DNA of 32,000 nt from assembly GCF_000011805.1 (NCBI RefSeq), contig NC_006840.2; one strand, written 5' to 3'. Within the stretch, counting starts at the first letter, position 1. Each line of letters opens with the position of its first letter. This stretch comes from Aliivibrio fischeri ES114 (GTDB lineage Bacteria > Pseudomonadota > Gammaproteobacteria > Enterobacterales > Vibrionaceae). Under the pieces are notes generated by a model. It had not been told where the DNA came from. It saw nothing but the letters and a program-made list of their open reading frames with translations, and did not search any database. The position numbers and the translations under genes are program-made. Below, one piece after another: positions 26,873 through 32,000 of the stretch.

Positions 26873-27217
26873 TTAATGATTAAATGCGTTCATTTCTGCT
26901 GCACTTTTTGCTGTTAAATCACCTGTTGGATTTAATAAATGCGGCAAAATTTTTGGTAGATTTAATACGATATCTTGATTTTCTACTGGGTAAATAACCT
27001 CGTTATACCAGCCTAATAAACCCATTGTTGCGTAACCAATTGCATCATTATCTTCACGGTTTTCAATAATGATTTGTAAAAAACGTAAAATCGCTCTGTC
27101 ATTTGAACCAGCTTGATTACGAGTGTCATCAAAGATAGTTGTCGCTTCTGAAACTAAGCCTTCAAATTCAGTTTCAATCGATACTTTAAACGAACCACCA
27201 TCAACAGATATTTTCAT
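26873..27217 (-). CDS. Uncharacterised small protein, co-directional with the NifW-like gene
   Basis: 114 aa ORF, start 7 bp upstream of the NifW-like start region; MKISVDGGSFKVSIETEFEGLVSEATTIFDD.... No family recognised. Confidence 0.7.
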   Translation of the reverse strand: MKISVDGGSFKVSIETEFEGLVSEATTIFDDTRNQAGSNDRAILRFLQIIIENREDNDAIGYATMGLLGWYNEVIYPVENQDIVLNLPKILPHLLNPTGDLTAKSAAEMNAFNH

Positions 27218-27359
27218 ATTTTATAGCCAATTATTTATTTTAATTGTGGCGATATTAACGAATAAATTGCTTCTTGTCGCTACCCTCAGATAAGTGATTT
27301 ACACAAAAATAAAAAAATGCGTTTCTATGATTGTTTTTTAATCTTCGCTGTCAAGTTCA

Positions 27360-27394
27360 TGGCATATGCCAAAAATAATTATTGGCATATGCCA
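27360..27394. promoter_or_regulatory. Two identical 12-bp palindromes (TGGCATATGCCA at 27360-27371 and 27383-27394), candidate tandem operator
   Basis: Read directly from the sequence; centres 23 bp apart; the second overlaps the -35 hexamer TTGGCA (27382-27387). Confidence 0.65.
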
Positions 27395-27410
27395 GTAACA
27401 AGCCTATACT
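27382..27410 (+). promoter_or_regulatory. Predicted sigma70 promoter TTGGCA-N17-TATACT
   Basis: -35 at 27382-27387, -10 at 27405-27410, 17-bp spacer, 26 bp upstream of the DUF134 start codon. Confidence 0.7.
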
Positions 27411-27436
27411 TTCATCAAATTTAATGGAGAGCATTG

Positions 27437-27721
27437 ATGGCTAGACCTAAAAAATGTCGTCGAATTTGTAGTAGAGCACCATACAGTTGCTTTAAACCTA
27501 ATGGCGTACCAACAACAGAATTACCTCAAGTTCAATTACTTGCTGAAGAATTAGAAGCATTACGATTGGCTGATTTTGAAGGGTTAAGTCAACAAGACGC
27601 AGCCGATCAAATGATGGTATCGAGACAAACCTTCGGCAACATAGTGAAACAAGCAAGATTTAAAGTAAGCAGTTGTTTAGTTAATGGTCAGGCTTTAATG
27701 CTCCAAGTGGAGACTGAATAA
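27437..27721 (+). CDS. DUF134 (UPF0251) family predicted DNA-binding protein
   Basis: MARPKKCRRICSRAPYSCFKPNGVP and an HTH segment ADFEGLSQQDAADQMMVSRQTFGNIVKQARFKVS are typical of DUF134. Confidence 0.92.
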   Translation: MARPKKCRRICSRAPYSCFKPNGVPTTELPQVQLLAEELEALRLADFEGLSQQDAADQMMVSRQTFGNIVKQARFKVSSCLVNGQALMLQVETE

Positions 27722-28161
27722 TGAAATTTGCTATTCCATACCAAAATGGTCGTATCGCAGGACACTTTTCTAAAGCAGAATCGTTTCTATTTACGGATCA
27801 AGAGCATTCAGAAATAACACCAAACCCTGCACTGAATAGTACGGGCTGCGGTGGAAAAAAATCACTACTCTCATTATTAAAAAGCCAACAAATTGATGCT
27901 CTTGTCGTTCGTAACATTGGACAAAAGATGCTTGGTAACTTACTTCAATCGAACATTCGAGTATTTCACGCTAAAGGTAATGCATCATTAAATAACGCTG
28001 CATTTACAAATTTGCCTGAATTTACAGATGCGACTCAAGGTCGACCTTGTAAAAATACAAAACAAGGTTGTTGTAGCAAAAAACAAAATGTTATGACGCC
28101 GAAGTTAACAGCACCCTCACGACTAAAACAAACATTCACTGTATTAGGATGTAAAGCATGA
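27721..28161 (+). CDS. NifB/NifX family (MTH1175-like, COG1433) molybdenum-iron cluster-binding-like protein
   Basis: MKFAIPYQNGRIAGHFSKAESFLFTD...GCGGKKSLLSLLKSQQIDALVVRNIGQKMLGNLLQSNIRVF; Cys-rich C-terminal tail; overlaps the DUF134 stop by 1 nt. Confidence 0.85.
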   Translation: MKFAIPYQNGRIAGHFSKAESFLFTDQEHSEITPNPALNSTGCGGKKSLLSLLKSQQIDALVVRNIGQKMLGNLLQSNIRVFHAKGNASLNNAAFTNLPEFTDATQGRPCKNTKQGCCSKKQNVMTPKLTAPSRLKQTFTVLGCKA

Positions 28162-28355
28162 ATACCGTTTTAATTACTTTTGGCGCTTTTGTATTGGTCA
28201 TTTTACTAATGGCATTAGGTGTGATTTTTGGACGTAAAGAGATCCAAGGAAGTTGCGGAGGATTAAATAATGTTGGTGTTGATAAAGTATGTAATTGCGA
28301 AACAACTTGTGATGAACACAAGCTTTATCAAATTTCAGAGCCAACGGACAAATAA
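28158..28355 (+). CDS. NqrM-like (Na+-NQR maturation, DUF539-type) small membrane protein
   Basis: Single TM followed by GSCGGLNNVGVDKVCNCETTCD, the characteristic NqrM Cys signature; ATG overlaps the upstream stop. Confidence 0.85.
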   Translation: MNTVLITFGAFVLVILLMALGVIFGRKEIQGSCGGLNNVGVDKVCNCETTCDEHKLYQISEPTDK

Positions 28356-28356
28356 A

Positions 28357-28386
28357 AAGTGAAACCAGTTATCTAGTTTCACTTTG
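28357..28386 (+). terminator. Terminator-like hairpin downstream of the DUF134 operon
   Basis: AAAGTGAAAC cagttatcta GTTTCACTTT. Confidence 0.5.
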
Positions 28387-28565
28387 CAATTTTGGTAACG
28401 TTTTATTTCGTTTCTTTTGTATTATATCAATCACAGTAAGTAAGTGATCAGAAATAGCGAAGGAAAAATGCTTGAGAACAAGGCAGAATTTTTCGATAAG
28501 TAGTTATTCTACAATCAAAAATTCTAACGTAGTTATCGAGCATTTTAACAAGCTAGAGCGAACAA

Positions 28566-28910
28566 TTATTTACTACGATTGGTATTACATAAATAAGCGT
28601 TACCAAACATGGTCACAGAGCTTGAAAAATCTAAAGACTGGTATAGATACAATGTATCTGCCCCTAACGCCGCAGCTTTGATACGCATTTGGTTTAACGT
28701 TCCCCAAACCATATCCTTATCAGCATGTAGCCAGTAATCATAAAAATGCCCTTCTGAACCAAAAACGATTCCCAGACGTTGGCAATTCTCAACTACTTTT
28801 ACTTCATCCCAAATAACCTCGACCTTTTCAGACTCTTTAGTCGGAAAAGTAACACAGCCCGTTAACAGCGTTGTTAAAGCAAACATTGAGCTAATAACAC
28901 GTTTTTTCAT
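28566..28910 (-). CDS. Small lipoprotein, DUF4156-like
   Basis: Lipobox TTLLTGCVT; MRIKAAALGADTLYL resembles DUF4156-type lipoproteins. Confidence 0.65.
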   Translation of the reverse strand: MKKRVISSMFALTTLLTGCVTFPTKESEKVEVIWDEVKVVENCQRLGIVFGSEGHFYDYWLHADKDMVWGTLNQMRIKAAALGADTLYLYQSLDFSSSVTMFGNAYLCNTNRSK

Positions 28911-29019
28911 TAAATAATCACTACAGAATAAATGTTGCGCGATTTTAGTAAAAAAAGTCTCAATAGCAAGTAATAAGTAACTAGACGATTAATTAAAAAT
29001 TATCCCTTACCTTATTATG

Positions 29020-29472
29020 TTATCGCCACTTGCTTGCTTCAGCTTCTCCATTTGCACGACGAGCCGCCGCTGCTACTTCTTTATCTACAATCGTTTGACC
29101 AATAGGTGCGATTGAAATCGCGGCCAATTTTAAGTGTTGAATAGCAAACGGAATACCAATAATAGTAACAAAACACGCAACAGCAGACATAACATGGCCA
29201 AGTGCCAACCAGAAGCCAGCAAAGATAAACCATAAAACATTACCGATAAAACCTAGGCTACCTGTACCAATATCTTCAGAACGCGTTAATTCATCACGAT
29301 AAATGGCTTCTTTACCAAATGGGAAGAAAGAGAATCCAGCCATAACAAAACACGCTCGTCCCCAAGGGATACCAATAATACTAATAAAGGCTAAGATCCC
29401 AAAAAAGCACCATGCTAGCCCCATAAATACGCCACCAAAAAGGAACCAAATTAAATTACCAATTGCGCTCAT
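29020..29472 (-). CDS. YccF domain inner-membrane protein
   Basis: Duplicated membrane motif IGNLIWFLFGGVFMGLAWCFFGILAFISIIGIPWGRACF...IGNVLWFIFAGFWLALGH. Confidence 0.88.
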   Translation of the reverse strand: MSAIGNLIWFLFGGVFMGLAWCFFGILAFISIIGIPWGRACFVMAGFSFFPFGKEAIYRDELTRSEDIGTGSLGFIGNVLWFIFAGFWLALGHVMSAVACFVTIIGIPFAIQHLKLAAISIAPIGQTIVDKEVAAAARRANGEAEASKWR

Positions 29473-29527
29473 TTTATTTCCTTAACTACAATTCTTACTA
29501 TAAATAAATGACAAATTCGTAGAGTGA

Positions 29528-29689
29528 TTAATCACTTGCACCACATTTGGCACATTCATCATATGTTCTATCGCCTTCGCTAATAACGATATATTCTGTG
29601 ACGCACTTTTCACATAACGCCAGAATAGGATAAGCTTCTTTTTGTTTTTTGGAAGACGTATTTCCTTCCGTTGTATAAAATTTTCTCAT
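29528..29689 (-). CDS. Small zinc-ribbon-like protein (53 aa), absent from the supplied ORF track
   Basis: Manual translation: MRKFYTTEGNTSSKKQKEAYPILALCEKCVTEYIVISEGDRTYDECAKCGASD*; two CxxC pairs. Confidence 0.65.
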   Translation of the reverse strand: MRKFYTTEGNTSSKKQKEAYPILALCEKCVTEYIVISEGDRTYDECAKCGASD

Positions 29690-29853
29690 TTTGTCTCTAT
29701 AATCTTTCTTATTTTAAATAACATTATATCGCTATTTACTCAGAAACCTGTCATTAAATAATAGTTCAATTACTTGTATCAAATTACATACAAAAGTAAC
29801 ATGCCTTGGACAAAGTTATACACCAAAGCAATAACTCACTTGGTACAATTATA

Positions 29854-30459
29854 ATGAAAAAACTACTATTAATTTCGCTGCTGTCTGTTCCAGCATTTGC
29901 TTCAAGTAATATAGCCAATAATTTTTCATATATTGGTATTGGTTTTCAATCAGCTAAATACTCTTCCGAAGCTTTATCACCGTATTTTAACGATAAATAC
30001 AGTAATGATAAGAAGAAAACATTAGGAGGCCTATATATTGATGTTAACGCAAACCTTGTAGATAAGGTCTTTTTTGATGGCTACGCCGATTTCGCAACCA
30101 GAATCAGTTCAGATGTTGATACTTGGAAAGCCGGTCTTGGTTACGCTTTTTACTCAACACCAACCTTATCAGTTCCAGCCTCTTGTGGTTGGGTAAACTA
30201 TCATGCTGAACGTGACTCAAGATCATACTCTGAAGGTGCAGGCTACTGTAAAGTCGGAGTAAAAACACAAATAGCAAATCACTGGCTACTGGATGCAACC
30301 TATCAACATGAATTTTTAGATGAATCTAAAGATACCTTGGGGATTAAAAACGTATTTCAATTTGGACGTGTTTTTGGATTAGTTGCAGGCTTTAAATATG
30401 CAGAACGAATCGAGAGTGAAATCACATACCAATTAGGTATGCAGTTCTCTTTCCACTAA
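29854..30459 (+). CDS. Putative outer-membrane beta-barrel/porin-like protein
   Basis: Signal peptide MKKLLLISLLSVPAFASS, alternating hydrophobic strands, aromatic-rich C-terminus ending ...LGMQFSFH. Start set at MKKLLL. Confidence 0.65.
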   Translation: MKKLLLISLLSVPAFASSNIANNFSYIGIGFQSAKYSSEALSPYFNDKYSNDKKKTLGGLYIDVNANLVDKVFFDGYADFATRISSDVDTWKAGLGYAFYSTPTLSVPASCGWVNYHAERDSRSYSEGAGYCKVGVKTQIANHWLLDATYQHEFLDESKDTLGIKNVFQFGRVFGLVAGFKYAERIESEITYQLGMQFSFH

Positions 30460-30536
30460 TTCAATCAGTTATATAGATCTTAATAGCAAAAATGGAGGTC
30501 TACATAGTATTCCTCCATTATCAAATAGCGTTATTA

Positions 30537-30989
30537 TCACTCTAAAATGATTTTTGCATTTTTCTCTTGGTCTTCACTTACCAAACTTTGCATTGATGGA
30601 TTACTAGGGTAACTCTCACCATCAAAGCGCATTAATACACTTCCCTTTCCTTTTGACCATACAATTATATCGTTCCATCCACTCGTTTTTGTTTCAGCAA
30701 TACGTATTGGTGAACCCGTTACTGTACTTTTAGATATGAATGTAAAATCCGAACCCGTATTTTGAAAAATTAATACGGTACACCCACCAGACCCACACCA
30801 ATTCATTCCTTTCAACATTACAATTGCATCATCAAATCCATCTGAATTTAAATCAGCATAACCAACATCAAAATTTGGTTTATTTTCTTGAGATATTAAT
30901 GACACGGCTTGATTAATGTCTGGAATCTCATGGGCTTCTTCATTACAACCAAATAAGAATAATGAAAATAGAATCCACCAGTATTTCAT
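30537..30989 (-). CDS. Putative lipoprotein with FG-GAP/VCBS-like segment
   Basis: Lipobox LFSLFLFGC; VGYADLNSDGFDDAIVMLKG resembles an FG-GAP-type repeat. Confidence 0.6.
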   Translation of the reverse strand: MKYWWILFSLFLFGCNEEAHEIPDINQAVSLISQENKPNFDVGYADLNSDGFDDAIVMLKGMNWCGSGGCTVLIFQNTGSDFTFISKSTVTGSPIRIAETKTSGWNDIIVWSKGKGSVLMRFDGESYPSNPSMQSLVSEDQEKNAKIILE

Positions 30990-31025
30990 CTTATTCCTCT
31001 CTTATAAAAACAGAATGGCTAAAAC

Positions 31026-31063
31026 AAAAACACTCGACAAATTTTAACTGTCGAGTGTTTTTT
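31026..31063. terminator. Rho-independent terminator between helicase and lipoprotein genes
   Basis: aaaaaCACTCGACA aattttaac TGTCGAGTGtttttt. Confidence 0.85.
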
Positions 31064-31088
31064 AGATTATTCATATAACAGTATAGAG

Positions 31089-32000
31089 TTACCAGTTATC
31101 TTTGTATTTCTTTTTGTTCTTTTTACCAGTACCTTCAGGTTTAGCGACAGGCTTAATTGAAGCTAAAAGTGCTTCTGTGATCTCTTCATTCACTTCAAAC
31201 CCTTCAACTTGCTCACGCTCAAGACGAATTTTATTTTTCTTCTCAATGATTTTAAAGTGATGGTAATCTTCATAATCAATCAAAGATAATGCTAGACCAA
31301 CTTCTCCTGCACGGCCACTTCGACCAATACGGTGCATATAATCTGCTGGACTTCTTGGTAAATCAAAATTAATCACAACAGGCAGTTTTTCAATATCCAA
31401 ACCACGAGCGGCAATATCTGTTGCGATCAAAACATCAATCTCACCCGCTTTAAATGCTTCAAGAACGCGAGTACGAGCACCTTGACCTTTATCACCATGG
31501 AACACTTCCGCTGCAATACCACGTTTAGCCAGTTTATCAGCTAGATGATTACACGCATTTTTAGCGTTTACAAAGATAAGCGCTTGTCGCCATTGGTTCT
31601 TTTGAATCAAATGAGCAAGAACCGATGTCTTCTCACCTTTATTCACGGTAAAGACACGTTGTACGACGGTACTTGCATCTGCGCTTTGTAATTGAATTTC
31701 TACAGGATTATTCAATAGCGCTTGAGTTAATGTTTGAACTTCTTCTGGAAACGTTGCTGAAAACAGTAATGTTTGTTTTTGCTTTGGGGCTAATGCTAAT
31801 AATTCATTAAGCTCTTCAGTAAAGCCTAAGCTCAGCATTCTATCAGCTTCATCAAGCACTAGCGTTTTCACTTTATCTAGCTTAACTGCATTGCTTGAAA
31901 TCAAATCAAGTAAGCGTCCTGGAGTAGCGACCAAAATATCTGCACCACCACGTAATGCAAGCATTTGAGTATTTACGGAGACACCGCCAAAGACAGAAAC
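31089..32000 (-). CDS. DEAD-box ATP-dependent RNA helicase, RhlE-like (5' end outside the window)
   Basis: VATPGRLLDL, VLDEADRMLSLGF, LLFSATFPEEV, IATDIAARGLDI, HRIGRSGRAGEVG. The frame stays open to the window end, so the listed Met is internal. Confidence 0.93.
   Translation of the reverse strand, partial: VSVFGGVSVNTQMLALRGGADILVATPGRLLDLISSNAVKLDKVKTLVLDEADRMLSLGFTEELNELLALAPKQKQTLLFSATFPEEVQTLTQALLNNPVEIQLQSADASTVVQRVFTVNKGEKTSVLAHLIQKNQWRQALIFVNAKNACNHLADKLAKRGIAAEVFHGDKGQGARTRVLEAFKAGEIDVLIATDIAARGLDIEKLPVVINFDLPRSPADYMHRIGRSGRAGEVGLALSLIDYEDYHHFKIIEKKNKIRLEREQVEGFEVNEEITEALLASIKPVAKPEGTGKKNKKKYKDNW

Noticed and set aside
26590-28161. Possible nitrogen-fixation locus based on NifW-like and NifX/NifB-family calls
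   Set aside because: No nifHDK, nifB, nifE/N or related genes are present, and COG1433/NifX-like proteins are common in non-diazotrophs. The NifW resemblance itself is tentative.
28472-28681. 69-aa plus-strand ORF overlapping the DUF4156-like lipoprotein
   Set aside because: It overlaps the 3' end of a plausible lipoprotein on the other strand, with no domain or convincing start region.
1-32000. CRISPR arrays, tRNA/rRNA genes, transposases, integrases, toxin-antitoxin or phage-defence genes
   Set aside because: None was recognised on either strand by inspection; the accessory character of the central block rests on gene content rather than mobility signatures.

Overview
This is a Vibrionaceae-like chromosomal window (Aliivibrio-like by gene content, which is an inference). 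Housekeeping genes flank an unusual accessory block. The flanks hold an AbgT-type transporter, an NlpC/P60 lipoprotein, a fructosamine kinase-family protein, riboflavin synthase, NorM, YccF and a DEAD-box helicase cut by the window edge. The central ~20 kb (about 6928-26527) contains an anaerobic-type radical-SAM sulfatase maturase followed by a secreted HEAT/TPR-like protein. It continues with a divergent SUMF1/FGE-like lipoprotein that lacks catalytic cysteines, a LysR regulator, and a complete six-gene MoxR-DUF58-DUF4381-VWA-VWA/TPR-BatD operon. It ends with an exported cytochrome carrying eight CxxCH motifs and a C-terminal HEAT/TPR domain, plus three paralogous exported sulfatases with C-T-A-G-R active-site motifs and an AraC-type regulator. 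The HEAT/TPR protein next to the maturase is clearly paralogous to the C-terminal half of the octaheme cytochrome, which links both ends of the block. A second small cluster (26590-28355) groups a possible NifW-like protein, an uncharacterised protein, a DUF134 regulator, a NifX/NifB-family protein and an NqrM-like protein. It is preceded by a duplicated 12-bp palindrome, one copy of which overlaps the -35 of a near-consensus promoter. No rRNA, tRNA, CRISPR or transposase was recognised. All family calls come from reading the sequence by eye; no searches were run.
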